Part shown: in pieces, positions 1 to 14,662 of the stretch
Layout: each line of letters begins with the position of its first letter
How positions within the stretch are numbered: position 1 is the first letter of the stretch
Source of the DNA: Orbicella franksi
Taxonomy: Eukaryota
DNA length: 64,000 bases
Direction: 5' to 3'
Assembly: GCA_964199315.1 (NCBI GenBank)
Contig: OZ116698.1
Location: forward strand, 15,686,001 to 15,750,000
Program-made: the position numbers and the translations under genes
The notes under the pieces: model-generated
The model's input: the letters and a program-made list of their open reading frames with translations, nothing else
Database searches by the model: none
Told to the model about the DNA's origin: nothing

Positions 1-503
1 TAGACGTCACTGCAAACAGCTGTGCAGAGGAATGGAGATTCCTTGTAGATTGGTGTTTAGTTGTTTGAGTAAAGTGAAAATTAATCGCTTGAAAGAACTC
101 TTGGGGAGCAAGATTCACCAATAAAAACTCAAAGACACAAACTGCTCCTTTAGGAGCCACTACTCATGAAAAAGTCAATGAACAACAGCAACACGCTCTC
201 AGTTTCTTTTATGTTTATTTCTTGACATCTTAAGATGTTTTATGAATATTAATTAAGTTTTTGACAACTCCAAACACAGATGTATCTGTAGATAAGCCGC
301 ACGCTCGATTTTTGGCTTCAATTTTGTGAAAAAAAGTGTGGCTTATACATGGATGTTTAAGGTATATTTGAGCCCAGCCATGGCCAGGTTCACAGTGTCA
401 TGTAATTGGACAAGACTCTTACCCTAAAATGATTTACATTTAATAACTCACTGCTTTGACTTTTGTCAACTGAAACTTAATTTATGTCCATTTTTCTTTC
501 CAG

Positions 504-2462
504 GCTTGTGCAAAGTGGTTTAAAAAAAGAGCAGATGAAGAAAAGGAAAAAGAAAGGTAATGCTTGGAAAATATTATATAGTATCGGACAGAAGTAACCT
601 ACCTAGTAAGTTACCGTACCGTAAATTCAAAACTTAGTATTGTTTTTGCAAGTACAGAATCTATTAATGGCATTTCTTAATGCTGACTACCAGTGTCAGT
701 CTTATAAACAGAGAAAAACATCGATCTTGTCTTCCTTGCAAAGTTAAACTTGGTTCAAAAGGTCAATATTTATTATTAATAATGAAGATCATGTGAAAAA
801 TTCATCTAAATTTGGTCCAGTGCCAACAGTCCAATTCTATGTAAGCTAACATGTTAAAGACATCAATGAATCTGGAATATATAATGACTGGTGTTTAAAA
901 TGGTGGAACATTATTAATCAACATTCAGTTTTTTGCTTACTGCTGCCTAATTTCTCTATTCTCAAACAGTGGCAGTGTTGCTCGTGTGTTGCTATTCAAC
1001 TTGACTGGCGATCGGGATCCTAATAGGCTTCTTAAACCAATTATGGTATGTGTTAGCTTCTTATTGACTCCAGTGTGAAGCAGGGAAAGAAATGTTTCAT
1101 TATCACTTTCATCTCAGCTAAAAGTATATATCATCTCAGATATGGCAGGTCTCTGTGCTTCCCCAAATCAGCAAATGTTTTTACAGGCTGAGATGCCACA
1201 CACCCAACCTCCAAATTAAACTAGAGGACCAGGGTCTTCTCAGTCAGGATTAATCTAACCCAGTGTCCTAAAAGAGATGGACTATGGTGATGAAACACCC
1301 AAAAGTATTGTTTCTAAACTGTACTGTGTTATTGAGATGAAGGTAATTAATGCCAGGACAAACTTAAAGTAGTTTTAAACTACAGTGAATTTGGAAAGTT
1401 TACATCTTCTATTCAATGGAGCCACCTATTTAAATACTGTGCCATTAATATAATTATTCAGCAACTCTGGTGTTTCATGTGACTGAAAATACTGCTTCCA
1501 GTGTTGCAATCAATGATAGACATTCTCAAAGTTTCTTTGCAATCTGATCTGTTTTTTTTTTTTTTTGTTCTGAATTTTTGGTGGCTTTTGTCTACCTTCA
1601 TCAGAGTTGCAATGGTTATTGGTCAGGCTATAAACCCATTTGCTCTTGTTTATCGATTTTTTAAATCAATGGCAAGTAAGCGTGAGGGAGACTGTTTATC
1701 TTTTATTTCACTCCAACAAAGCACTGTACACTACATTACTACTACACTTCATTGTAAGTAAACTTGAAAGTAGAGACCTGTTAATCAACTGAAACTAAAG
1801 CAAGTACATATAAGCAGGGTTGTTTTATTTTCCACAATACAATTTTATGCTCACATTATTTACAATATTTCTTATTTCAGAGGTGTAACTTTGACCATGC
1901 AGTTTTCTGTCCCAATGCTATTAACGAGAACCCGAAAAGCATTGATTCAGGTACTTATTATTTTCACAGGTCTCGTGTTCCTTATAACTTAACATGCTTT
2001 TACTCACCTCCTGTTTATCAAGAATGGGAAGATGAAAAATACAGGCTGAAGTACAGCTATGCTGATCGATCATTTTATATCATAGATTTGACCAACTTTA
2101 CTGTCACTCGTGATAGCCAGCTACGATGGTGTGTTGAAAATCAACGTGTTTGGATGGCTCTAAGAGGAGCTGGATTTCAAGCACATGCAAACCCATCACA
2201 GGATTGTACAGACAGTGACCATGTGATAAAAAATGGACATGATGATGGTCCATATTCCACTATATTTCCTTGTGTTTCTCAAGCTGTTCGGTGGTTGTTA
2301 GGAAGTAGGGATCCTCTTGTACCAGCATTTTTTCCTGACGACTTGCCGTTACCAGACTTCATTTCCAAGGCATCAAGGCTTCAGATTCTAATAGGAGGAA
2401 GTTTGCATCTTGTTGGCACGGTTATGAAAGTGCTGGGACCTGAAATTGTTGGAGATGTGTAG
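504..2462 (+). CDS. FPGS: Folylpolyglutamate synthase, last four exons (5' part lies outside the window)
   Basis: Exons 504-556, 970-1045, 1881-1950, 2086-2462 are GT-AG flanked and phase-consistent. Translation ACAKWF...LLFNLTGDRDP..LLKP..CNFDHAVFCPN...NFTVTRD...ILIGGSLHLVGTVMKVL matches the eukaryotic FPGS C-terminus (VFNATGDRDP, QFDYAVFCPN, GSLHLVGGVLKLL). Confidence 0.93.
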
Positions 2463-3563
2463 GGAAGGACATGCTACCTGTACAACACACACAGTACGTC
2501 ATGTCAGAAATTTGTTTCCCATCTCTGCACTGTACTGAAAGGAATTTGCCATCAATCTTCTGTTAAAACTACGTAATTAGCTTCATGGCCGCCTTAAGAT
2601 GCAGTTGTCAAGAGTAACCCTATGACAAAGCTAAAATTAACAAGTGTTATAATTGTTGTCACTTGTTAACTTCATGTAATTGGGACTCAATCAACTATTG
2701 TGAAGAGAGAAAGCGATCATGGTGCATTGTGATCCACAATTTGATGCTGGTTTACCTCATTGGGTGAAAATATTCCGTACTGATATGTATAATAACAATT
2801 TTACAGATATAAATATTCCTAAATTATTTTGTGATCTTATAGTTCAGAAGATCTAGGATCATTCTGGCAGTACTTGATTTTGGCAGCTATTATAATATTT
2901 ATTTGTACCCTTCTTGAACAGTCACACAATTGGGTTTTTGAAGCTATGTACAACTTATAGTTATGTTATATATTGAAATGGGAGCTAAAAGAAACAGCTA
3001 AAAACAAAATATTCAAACCGAAATGGAAATAACTAAAGCAATGTGACAATTATAAGCTATATTTTGAACAAATGAAAATTTATCATTGTTCAGTAAGTTC
3101 ATTCTTCGACTGGGGCTGTGATAAGAGCCACAGTCTCGATAGTGCTAACAATATATAGCAATTAGAATATTGAAACAGAAATGTCAGTATAGGTGAATGT
3201 CTTTAATTAATGCTTGTATTATTAATATAATCAGGTGTACATATTTTTATTGAGCCATATTTTGGAATAAAAAATTAAACATCAAAAATTTATTCTGATG
3301 CAAAAAAGTCATTTATGATTTGAAGAAACTCTCCTTATGGCCTTAAACGTATGTCAGCTTGACTTCATGCATAACCTCAGTCTGTCATAAAAAAAACTCT
3401 GGTTCATATAATTCTCAGACTGGCAAAAATAGGATGTATGTGTGGTCGGGAAAGCTACTTGTTTTCCATAGTCTATAAATAAGCAGACAACATCTTGCTG
3501 ACCAAACAAATTTTCAGAGTTGAACTGACATTTCCTGTGGCTATGTACCCAATTTGCCAAACC

Positions 3564-3825
3564 CAGGGTTGCCACAGGTCAGGAAACAGTCAGGGGAAAA
3601 TTGACATTTTGCAGAAAAGTTGGGGAAAATTTCAATAATTTTACATGGAGGGCTTGAAGGCTGGAAGAAACAGTTGAGGTCACTGTGATCTCAATGGTGT
3701 TTTTCCTTAATGAAGTAGGAAAATATGTTACATGTTTGTTTTTTGTCAGGAAAATTCTATTTTTATCAGGGAAGAGTCAGAGAAAAGTCAGGAAATTTTG
3801 AAAAGTGACATCTGTGGTTACCACG
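3564..3825. mobile_element. Non-autonomous DNA transposon (CAGGGTTGCCAC ends); shorter related copy at about 27337-27445
   Basis: Begins CAGGGTTGCCACAGGTCAGGAAA and ends GAAAAGTGACATCTGTGGTTACCACG. The same termini recur at 27337-27445. Confidence 0.55.
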
Positions 3826-5749
3826 AAACCTTGTAAGGTAGACACTAAATACCCAAGGAGCAAGCACTGTTCTGAAAAAACAACAACAGTAAACTACTCA
3901 AATTATGCTTTTGTTAATTTATTCCAAAATACAACTAGCAATTTTACACCAAAGTTTACCAAGCTAATTTTCTTTTAAGATTTGCCTGAAGTGAATTATA
4001 ATCATTATGAACTTGCCAGCAAGTAAGTCAGAGCTATCAATGTCCTAGCTAGCTACACTTTGAACCTTGCAGCACTTCCTACTGCATTAAAACTACTCTT
4101 ACTTTTATGCTGTAATACATGAGCAAGGAGTTCTTGTTTATAATTTGTTTCTCTGCTAACCTGGTTTTATTATTGGAGCCTGAACATGGTGCTAATGGAC
4201 ACCTGTACTATTTATGTTTTTTTTAATGTGCCAAAATGGCTTCTTTAAACCTCGACTTTTGTTACTAACATGATTAATTAGTAATTGTTAGACCTTGCAT
4301 CATACAAATCAGGATATAAACATTCTTGATACCTCAGTTCAGTTACTAATGAAGCTATTTTAGAGGACCAGCCATCAATATGGTTTGCAAGAATTTTGTA
4401 CTAAAGCATTCTGAGGTATTTCTGTAATAATATACAACACAACTTATTTGGATAATGAATGGATATTGAACAAGTCTAACAGTTATTTTTATGCTGAAAT
4501 GAAATAGTTACAAAACGGTTGCAATACGTTACACAACATTTATAGTAGGGTAAAGGCATTTTTCAAGTGTTACTCGTAGAAAAAAGGCATTGTCAAAATT
4601 AAATGATGAAGTAAATTACAACTACCAGAAACATTTTTAAAAGTCAGTGACACATTTGTTGCGAGCTTCTGGAGTCTAAACCCTATAGGGAGAACTTGAA
4701 AAAAATGTAATGTAATGGTCTTCATCATAAAAGTAGAATTAAAAAAATCCATTTGAACCTAAAATTTAAAAAAGGGCCAAAAAAGGTACAAATACACGCA
4801 ATAAATCCTAAGGAGGAACAAAGAAATAGCTTAAAATGGAGAGGAGAGGATTATGTGTAACTTATGTTTGAGTCACTGATGCCTTTCTTCAGCAATATTT
4901 TTCTTTCTTTTGTTTTTCTTAGTTCTGATATGAATGAATTTTTTTTTAGTGTTATGCCTTTTCTCCAATTCCAAATCAGCTTTTCTTGTTGACTGGATGT
5001 TGACTGGACTCTAGACTCAGTTGACTGGAGAGTGACATAAGTACTTGAGCTGCTGCATTATCATTCCACGGCTGTATCTCAGGAGAAACTGCAATTCCTG
5101 TTCAAAAATTACAACATTGAGTTTTTTTTTTTTTTTTGCAGATCCCTCAATTGTACTGCAATTGTTTGACAACACCTACTATTAGTTTAGTACAAATAGC
5201 TCACAGATGCTCATCCACCAATCAATCTTTCGGTTGGCTGGACATTTAGAAAAGTTAGACACACAGTCAGACACACAGTTAGACAAGTTAGGCACACAAT
5301 CAGGTACACATGTTTTGCTCATTCTTACTGAATTTGACACATTCAGAGAGCTAATTGAGTCAGTCCATCATTGAGTTGGTCTGTCAGTGAGTGAGGGAGT
5401 GAGTTAGTGGATAGGAGAGTGAGTCAGTGATTCAGTCAGACAGAAAGCTAGTCATGTGGACAATGAGAAACTTCATCCACTTGTTTGCAAAACAGTCAAG
5501 TCAGTCAAGGATTCAGCAGGTTAGTCAAGCAGTTGATCATTCAAACAGCCAGTACATAAGTCAGGGAAAAAACTTAACAATGTTCAGCAGTTGTGTCTTA
5601 AGTTTGGTCAAGTGTAAAATCGGCCCCATCAGTAAGTCTTTCATTGTTGTAGCATAAGCTAGGGGCAGGAGATCTGTGCAAGATGAATTATTTTACTTCT
5701 AATTTAAACTGATGATTTGTTGGCCGCACCAAAAGAGGGTTGCAAGACC

Positions 5750-7220
5750 CTATACATAGACAGAAACCTCCAGTAATCTAGAACAATGCATGTCCAAATG
5801 GGAGTCAATAAACAGGGAGTAATTGCCCTTTGTACCTGGATAGAATGGGAAGATGCCTTGATATGGAACAAAGTTTCCCTGTTGTGCCATGTTGACCAAT
5901 GTTTCAAGGGTAGCCAACAGGTCAAAGTCACGTGTCTCCAGCAGAGTGTGCAGAAATATTTGAGAGACATGAGGAAATAGTGTGGAGAGAATCCATGAAC
6001 ATCTTGCAATCCTGCTGGGGTCTGGGGAGCTCATAGGCGACGAAAAAGCGCTCGAGTTAGGTTCATCTGAAAGAGGTGGAGATTACCATTTTAGATAAAC
6101 ATGTTATGAACTGAAAAGGTTTCATTTATGATTATGTTTCTCTTTATCTTTAAAAAGTTGTTGTGTATTTAGAAGGGTCTGAAGGGCCTTCACCACACAA
6201 TGCAGTTTCCTTCCCACAACAAAGATTAAGGATCAAACATTACAATGAGCTTTAATTTGTTTCAAATCACACAAGTGCTTCTGATTCTACTTCGAATTGA
6301 TTCGACCCGTTTCTACGTACAAAGGTTATGCCGTGGGTTTGGAATCGAAGTCCAGTGAAGAAAAATTGGATTCGAAAAGAACTTTGCTATTCGATCTGTA
6401 TGTTTCTGTGGTAGCTACATAGCTCATGTATTACAAAAGAACATTTTTTTTATACTATACCGCAACATTTTAGCGCTCTTATTTCTAACGTGAATCGTTT
6501 AATAAGTTGATTAACTTAGCAAAATGCAAAGAGAGACTGAGTTCCTCCATGTTTGTACATGCCTCGAGGGTCCTAAATATGCTAAACTTGTTTTATATCT
6601 AGAAACAGTTGTTTTTCTGGTACTAAAGACCAGACGAGACGGATACCACTTGGCTTTCCCTGAATTCTAGGAAAATTACTATGAAAATTGCAAAAGTACC
6701 GTACGATTTGAATCCCTGATAGTTTACAAGTCAAGCTTTACCTTTACAAGACTGATGCGAGTGATTCAAAATCTTGTTTCAGCAAAGTATAAATCGAAGG
6801 GAGTCAAAAAACAACCAGAGTTTTTTAAAAAGGTAGAGCCGTTTTGATGAAGAAAAGTTTTCTAAATAGATTAGCTTATAGACGTTAATAACTACACAAA
6901 GCGTAAAGCTTACCTGTCGAAGCAACGCTAATGTCGTTGTAGGCTTTTTCGATATCACGAATCCCAATCTTCCGGCTATCATCTTCGTTACAATTATTCT
7001 CTATCAGTGACCGATCATCCATCTGTCTTCTTAGAGCAACTTGGGCAGCCATGATTTTCCTTCTCTGACTAATCAAAATACACTTGTTACACTCGCAATC
7101 TTTCCACTTACAAAATCTTTTGTGCCCTTTCAAAGTTGTGCGAACGCCGTGATGTTTGCATCGTGCACAGAGCGGTGTCTTCTTGGTTGATTGAAGTGTC
7201 GATCCCTTTTCAACTGACAT
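5750..7220 (-). CDS. DMRT: Doublesex/mab-3-related transcription factor (DM domain plus degenerate DMA domain), about 207 aa
   Basis: Exon 1, 7220-6914, encodes [41 protein letters not shown] and ends at a gtaag donor (phase 1). Exon 2, 6066-5750, follows a ctttcag acceptor in frame and encodes [32 protein letters not shown] (DMA-like). The 3' end and the paralog identity are uncertain. Confidence 0.88.
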
Positions 7221-7431
7221 GAATAAAACGATCTTGTGTTTAAACTTGATTTAACATATAATTTAAGGTTGACTGAAACACGTTAAGCACTTTATATCGT
7301 CGCCGTTAATTTGAAGCGACCGAACTTGCCACAAATGTTGCGTTCAATGAAAGGTGAACGGCAAAAAGTTACAAAAAGGGCGCGAAATTGTGCAACCCTT
7401 TTCCCGCCAAAAATGATCCCTACCCTAGATG

Positions 7432-7965
7432 TAGGCCTTTCCACTAATGTTACGTACGCTCGCCTAAATATCTTTTCGGAAATTCTCAAAAAAATCTCGT
7501 AAATGACACAAAAAAAATAAATTCTGGATATCTTGGAAAACCCTCTAAATATCTTTTATTTTTGTCGTGAAAATACGCTGATTTTGAATCACATAGGCCA
7601 AAATTTTCAACGTTTTGTTGCAGTAGGGGTTGAGGAAGGAGATTCAGGCACTTCGATGTTACCAGTAAATTGCTGCTTCGATTTTGCTTTTTCGATGTTA
7701 CCAGCATACGCCATTATGGTAAATTACTGCTTCAGCGCTCTTAGTGATATGGAATACATTTTTCGAGAGGGAAATTGCTGAACTGAATTGTTTCTGGTAT
7801 AGAACTGAGTATTGTTTCAAGAAAATATTAAACGACCAAAACACAGGGCTAAGCGAAAAAGAGCGACGGATGTTTCTAATTTTATATATCTCTAAATTTT
7901 TTAAATATCTTAATATTTTCTAACTATCCCCCCAAAAAACATTCGGATATTTGTGGAAAGGCCTA
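7432..7965. mobile_element. MITE/non-autonomous DNA transposon about 210 bp upstream of the DMRT ATG
   Basis: Terminal inverted repeats TAGGCCTTTCCAC / GTGGAAAGGCCTA. Direct repeat CCCTAGAT at 7423-7430 and 7967-7974 looks like a target-site duplication. Confidence 0.6.
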
Positions 7966-9968
7966 TCCCTAGATCTCCCTACTGTTACCGTGCTATAAAG
8001 TCTAATAAAAGAAAAATCTTTCTTGGTGCATTTGAAAGTTTGAAAAACAAGGCATAAATCCACGAATTTTTATTAAAAATACCATTCCAGTACTCATAGT
8101 ATTATGACTAGGTTAACTACCGTATGCTACTTCACGTCAATTCTGTTTGTACACCAGCCTCTTGTCGTCTGCGCTTTCGGTATTCGCAACTTTCTATCCA
8201 CGAAGACCACTGAGATTCTCGTCCATACAATTGAGTCCTCCAAACTTGATCATTGTAACTCTTTTTTGTATATAATGTTACAGAAGTATGTTACATGTTC
8301 CCGCAAATACTATTACATCACTCTAATTCCGAATGAACCTGAATGACTTCCAGTTTTGAAACGTACTGAATTCATGATTCTATTGCTCACCTTCAAGGCT
8401 CCAACAGTCGTCTACAAACTACGTAAATTCAAGATTTGATAACGTGCTACTCGCCGTCTAGATCTCTTCTTCAGTCATCTTCTCATGGGCGGATCCAGGA
8501 CTTTTCAGGGGAGAGCTGGTACCTTAGGGTTGAGGGACCCCAAAATGTTGCAATTCAAGGATTGTTCCTAATCGAAAACTGTGACACTAGAAATACAACC
8601 CATGCCACAATTAAAAAAAAAGCAGTATTTGCCTTGATTCGAGTGCTTGGTGTTATTTCTACCATAAAATTCACCATCTTTTTTTTTGTATTTTTTGGTT
8701 CTCCAAGAGATGGAGGCCGAGCCACCCTATTCACCCCCTAAATCCACCCCTCCTTCTACATTATTTCTGAATCCTGCCATATTTTAGTTCAAGGTCCTAT
8801 GTTTCCAACTCTGAACTCTGCTACAGTCCTTGTCATAGCACCCGTTAATCAAATGTGAGTATACGATTAAGGCTGAGTGTGAGTAAAGTAATCAATTAAG
8901 TATCAGACGGGAAAAGTATCAGTGAAGTCTTGGCAGAGTATGGGTCAAGTATCAGTAAGACGTTGCCAAAGTGGCTGGCATACATTTCAGTCCAGCCTTC
9001 AGCATTCAGGACGTTTAAACTGGCTTACGGGTAGAATTTTTAGTAAAGTTTTCCTAACCAAAATATAGTAACGTCATTTCTGACCAGAATTTTACTTCCG
9101 TCTTAATACCCCTGTTTAAAAATCTGTCGAGGTCTGTAGGTGCTGTAACTGAATGTCTTTACTTAGAGATCAATCAGCGGGTACTAGGAAACCATCACCG
9201 AATCAGTGAAAATCTTACTTTAACCTTTGGAGGGGGAAGGGGTGGATGGAACTCCGCTGCAGGTCTTTGATCCAACAAGACATATCACCCCCAACTTGTT
9301 GAACAAGATAGCTCGCTTTTTAGTTAAATATATACATGTCAAAATGTGGTTGCTATGGCAATGTTATATGACATGGTGAAACAGTTGGATCATATCATTC
9401 ACAGGAGATGAATGAACAGCTACTGAAAGTTTTAGCATCACAGAGTAAATTGCCTTTTCAGAAAAACACTAAAATTTCAAGGGGGTGGCATCCACCACCC
9501 CACACTTTTAAGCCCAAGGATTAAGAATCTGGCCAATCAAATCATTTGTCTCTGGAGCTGCCTATGCCTTATGCCCAGGTCTCGTGGAATGAGAAAGTTA
9601 TGCTAAGAATATGTTCAAACATGTTCATGTAGCTTACAATGATAGGCTTTTTTACTAGCCTTGCTTGTGAGGGGGAAACCTAGAAAAAGAAAAAAATATC
9701 TACAGGAGCTCTCTATTTGGGTAAGTTGGTCAATGTTTAACATGTGAGACAGATTCCCTTCTCTTTCTGCTTGGTGAGAGATGAGGGGAACTCATCTCTC
9801 GCTGAGCTGAAAAAGAAGGGAATCTCTGTCTCACACAGCAGATAATGTTTCACAAGACAAGTAAACAGATCTTTTCTGCTTGTTGACCTTTATTAAACAG
9901 TTCCTAAAATGACCTTTTTACAATCCCTTAAATATTTTCTCCATTTGTTTTGATAGATGTCCCAAGAA

Positions 9969-12900
9969 CTAATCGGCTGGTTTGACTTCCATGGCTTGTT
10001 CAATCTGAGTCAAAGTATTATCCCACTGAACAAACTGTTTTGATAAGAGATTTATCTGTAAGAAATAATCAAGGAATGTATACCAGCAGTATTGATCTCT
10101 AGGGGAACAATTGAATTCGGACAGTGATTTACTTTGAAATTGTCTTAAATTTTTTCAACAAATCCTAACAGCCATATAGCCAGAGCTTATCCCAGTTCCT
10201 CAACCATTAAGCAACTAGGAGTATTGCTACCTTTCCCTGGATGGGATGCTATTCCATCGCAGGGTTACCCTCCAGCATTAATTCACCAGTGCCCATTTAT
10301 ACACCTGGGAGGAGAGAGCCGCTGTGAGAGTAAAGTGTCTTGGCCAACACAACACATGACCCTGGCCTGAGGTTGAACCCATTACACTCGATCCAGAATC
10401 CAGAGCACTATCCATAAGGCCACTGTCCTACCACACTCTAAGTCATGACACATATCAAAGGATACAATGTTGTTGTATGCTGTTAGAAGATTATGTAATC
10501 TTTCATCAACTCCAGTGAATTCTTCCTGTAACAGAACAAAACGTGACATCTGCCAGGTAAACTTTTAAGAATTGGTTCATGCTTAGCACGTACCTTTCAA
10601 GTTATAGATGACCTTATCTACATTTATATTTTGTTAAACATAACTGTGACAGATACTACCTTTTGCTGGATATGAAGTTCTACTAGTGGCTGTAGTTTGG
10701 CAGACCAGGTTGGCAAATCTATTTTTAAGTAAAAGTAGAGATGAGAATAAGAAACTGAAACATGTAGAAATGCAGATCAATGAGTGGGACATTGGAATGT
10801 GCAGTAAAATTTCATTTACATCTAAGTTACCACATCTTTAAGATGTTGTATGGATGGATGGATGTTGACTTTGTATCAAAATTATTTTTAGTCAAGTGGT
10901 GAAGCCAATATGGCAAAGTCAAGAATTGTATCAAAAGTTAAGAATAATAATAATTATTGCTTTCATAAATTATTTTGTAATTTGTTTCATTATTTTATGC
11001 ATCGTTTCGGGCATTACAGTGTCTGTAATTTTGATTTATTTTTTTCTGTGGAAAGACACTACTCTGAATATTATTCATTCCACATGAAATGTCTGAAATA
11101 AAATCCATTTTTCAGGCATCAGAGTACCACGAGACTGCAATACAAGATTACAGTTACCAAGATACTGCCAGTAAATTGTCTAATGCTGGAAGTAAAACAC
11201 TGTATAAGTCTTCACAAATTTAAAGGTGTCTAAAATTGTGGTGGGTTTAATGTCATTCAGAAGGTAGATGTGATTATGTTTTACCCCACAGGGAAGTATA
11301 GTTTGCTTTAATTACTTAGTTAGAAATCCTGTAAAAGATTATGCTTATCTAGCATAATGATTATTGCAACAAACCTTTGAGCAGTTCTGTAGTGACAACC
11401 TTTTTCAAGTCTTCAACTTGTCGAAGCTGATCTGCACATGCCATCAGCTGGCTCTCACCTAAGGAAGTCAACTAAATTTTATTGCAGGTATATCAAACTT
11501 GTTACAAAAGGACTGTTCATGTTCTAGGAAAAATTACGTGTCCATTTTTGCTTCCAGTTGTTGGATTCCAAGGAGCCACATGGCTCACGGCACATAACTT
11601 CAATTTCTGTAGAGAAAAGCGACTTGTAGTACTCCTATTCTCCAGATGGGATGCAAGTTTGTAGCATTTTAGTTAGGAGGTCTGTTATGTAACCTGTAAA
11701 TATGCTGGCAGAGATTTCTATGATACGAAAATCAAACAATATCACAAATGTACTTTGTGATACTGTAACCCTAACCTGCTATAATTATGTCAGCTTTAGC
11801 ATCATCTGTAAGTGAGGCATTTTCTAAGAACTCTGGTGAGAGGAATATCTCTAGCTCTTTCACTAAATAAAAATACAAAGAGTTCATAATGAGCTATTTT
11901 TTCTCCAGAATCATGTATTGGTATACATTGTCAGTCACAGTTTCCCGCTTATGGTGAGAAACAGCTTTTGACTCAAGTTATAAGGTAGGTAAGGACAAAC
12001 TTGTTACCAACCAGTCCACACAATAGGCTGATTTAGCAAGGGAATGGGAACGTCACTTGACGACGGCGCATGCAGTACAAATACCCAAATATGGTCAGAT
12101 GACAACTGCAGGGCATGCGGAATAACCTGGATTCTGTTCTAATTAAACCATATTTGGGTGTTTGTACTGTGCGTGCCGTCGTCAAGTGACGTTCCTGTTC
12201 CCTTGCTAAATCAGCCTAATAGGACCACTGGGACTTCCTCCTGCTTGAGATGCTAGTCTAATGTAACATTATCCTTTTGTCAGTAGTAATCATCACTCAT
12301 GGGCAGAGAAGCCATATGAGATTTACAGGAATGCAGCTAATTGCCACCTTGGCTCCCAGCTAATGTCTCCGGTTAAATAAGAGCTTATTGCCAGCTGACA
12401 TCTTGCTAGAAGACTTGAGGTAACTTTTAAGGTTTGCAGCCAGAAAAGCTGGCTAAGATTGTTTTTGAGAGCCTGCTTAGTTTTTTCATGGCTGCATTCC
12501 TGCATACCCAAAACAAAACTGAGATTAATTTTAATGTTTAATGGATGTGATAGCAATCAGTATAAAAAATAAGTCATGTCAGTAACTTTTATAACTCATA
12601 CTAGATAAACTTTGCTGATTAAGCATTGAGCATTTACCTGTAGCTTTTACATGTACTACACATGTCTTTAGACACCTCTGTGAAGTGTAGTAATTATACA
12701 ACACAGTTGAACAAATGTCAGACCTTCCATAGCTGACCAGCCAATTTCTGATCACTTCAAGTAAGACACATGGCCCCTTACAAGTGGTCAACAGGTCAGA
12801 CAGGTTCCTCTGAATAGCTGTTATTACAGTTATCAGTAGTTTGACATACAAACAAGGTGAAAGGGTCAATTCTGCTTTGTATTAACCCTTTCGCCTGGTT

Positions 12901-14619
12901 CCAATGCCTTCTTAAACAAAGAAATATTTGACTGCAGACTCAACTGCAATAGCAGCTATTTATAATAAAGTTTCCATATAACGCGTGCTCTGATTGGCTG
13001 AAACAGCGTGCTTTATCAGAGAACAGAGCACGGGTTGATGACGGTAAGTTGGCTTCCAAAATTTTGCTTCGGAATTTTGACAAATTTGACCCAAATTAAA
13101 CATCCCCTGTGACTCAGACAAACACAGTGGAAACGAGCTATTTTTCTGCAGTAAATATGGCTCACAGAGACCATTGTTAGCAACAGTAGTGTTAAAACTG
13201 TACTAAAATAACAAGTTTTGCTAGATTCCCGCCGACAAAACATGTACAGCTGTAGTGAAATAAACAAATTCTCAACCTAAACAGTGCTTCGATAAAGACA
13301 TTATATTTGTTACAAAGGCAGAAATTATACTAAGAAGTAAAACAACAACAGAGAACAACAATTGAACTGTCTCTGTTTATGATGAGAAGCTTTATTTTTG
13401 TAAATTTACAATGAAAAATGCTCATTTGCTCAAACAACACTTACATGCAGTGTAGTAATGCTCGTTCTCTGGTCATCTCAGCGAAGTAAACCGACGAGTG
13501 GTCAGTGCAAAACTTGCTCTGATATTCTCTTCTGTGCTCGGAGTAGAACCAGTGGGAGCCGTTAAGTCTTTCTAACCTTTACGCTAGTTCGGGCAATCTT
13601 GCTGCATGCGGCTACAAGCCGTAAATAACTGTAGCTCCTTTCAAATTCAACTCGGCATTTCGCATTTTCATCCACAAGCTTTGGGCTCCGCGTTTCGTAA
13701 TTTTCACTGGAAAAGTGCTCGTTTTCATGGGCCACAATATGGCCAGATTCCTCTGGACTATAAACCTTTACCTGCCATTAGATCCGTATTTAAAAATTAA
13801 CTTAAAAGCGAACTTTGAAGGCATCGTTTTTCTCTTGAAGGTCGCTCAAGCTACTCGAAACTGAAAGCTTAGCTGAAGTCCAGTTTGTGATTGACAGCTG
13901 TCGCTTCGTTAGCCAATCAAATTATTTGAACAATTCTAACAAGGATTGTGATTGGCTTATTTTAACGTGCTTTATCAGAGAACAGTGCATGGCTGACGCC
14001 ACTTTTGCTCGTTTGGAAAATAAAGTTTGGTTTGAAAATTCAGCCGAATGCGTGGGGAAATCATCTGATTCTTTATCATAAAACAAATAAAGAAGCCTCG
14101 ACTGTGCTCTGTTCTGTTGTAAAGCACTTGGGAAGCGGTAGAGCACTCAAGAAGTAGGGAAAAACACTCAACTACATCTCGTGTTTTCCCCTACACTTCT
14201 TTCGTGCTCTACCGCTTCCTGCGTGCTTTACAACAGAACAGAGCACAATCGAGGCTTCTTTATTTGTTAATTTTTTTCCAAAACAACTACAGTGTGTACA
14301 GTATATGTATATTCATAACCAATACCTTTTTTCCATACTGCTGCTATTCTGCCATATTTGGAGCCAATTTTATTTAGATTTTTCTGAACATTGCTCAAAG
14401 TTCCCAAACACTGAAAGAAAAATACCAAAGAATCTATTTTTAGTTGAGCTTTTGAGGATTTGATTAAGAGAAGTTCAACGTATTTAGTGTATTTATTATG
14501 AATAGGAAGTAATAGTAATCGGACTGAATGGAGTACAATTCAGCGAGTAATCGGGCAAGTAAGTTCAAAATCGGACAAACTCGTTACGTAGCTTGAGGCC
14601 AATTTGAAATTACGAGCAT

Positions 14620-14662
<43 letters not shown>

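Noticed and set aside
6462-6474. DMRT-binding-site-like GCAACATTTTAGC in the DMRT intron (autoregulation)
   Set aside because: It has a mismatch in the ACAWTGT core, and such matches are expected by chance in AT-rich DNA.
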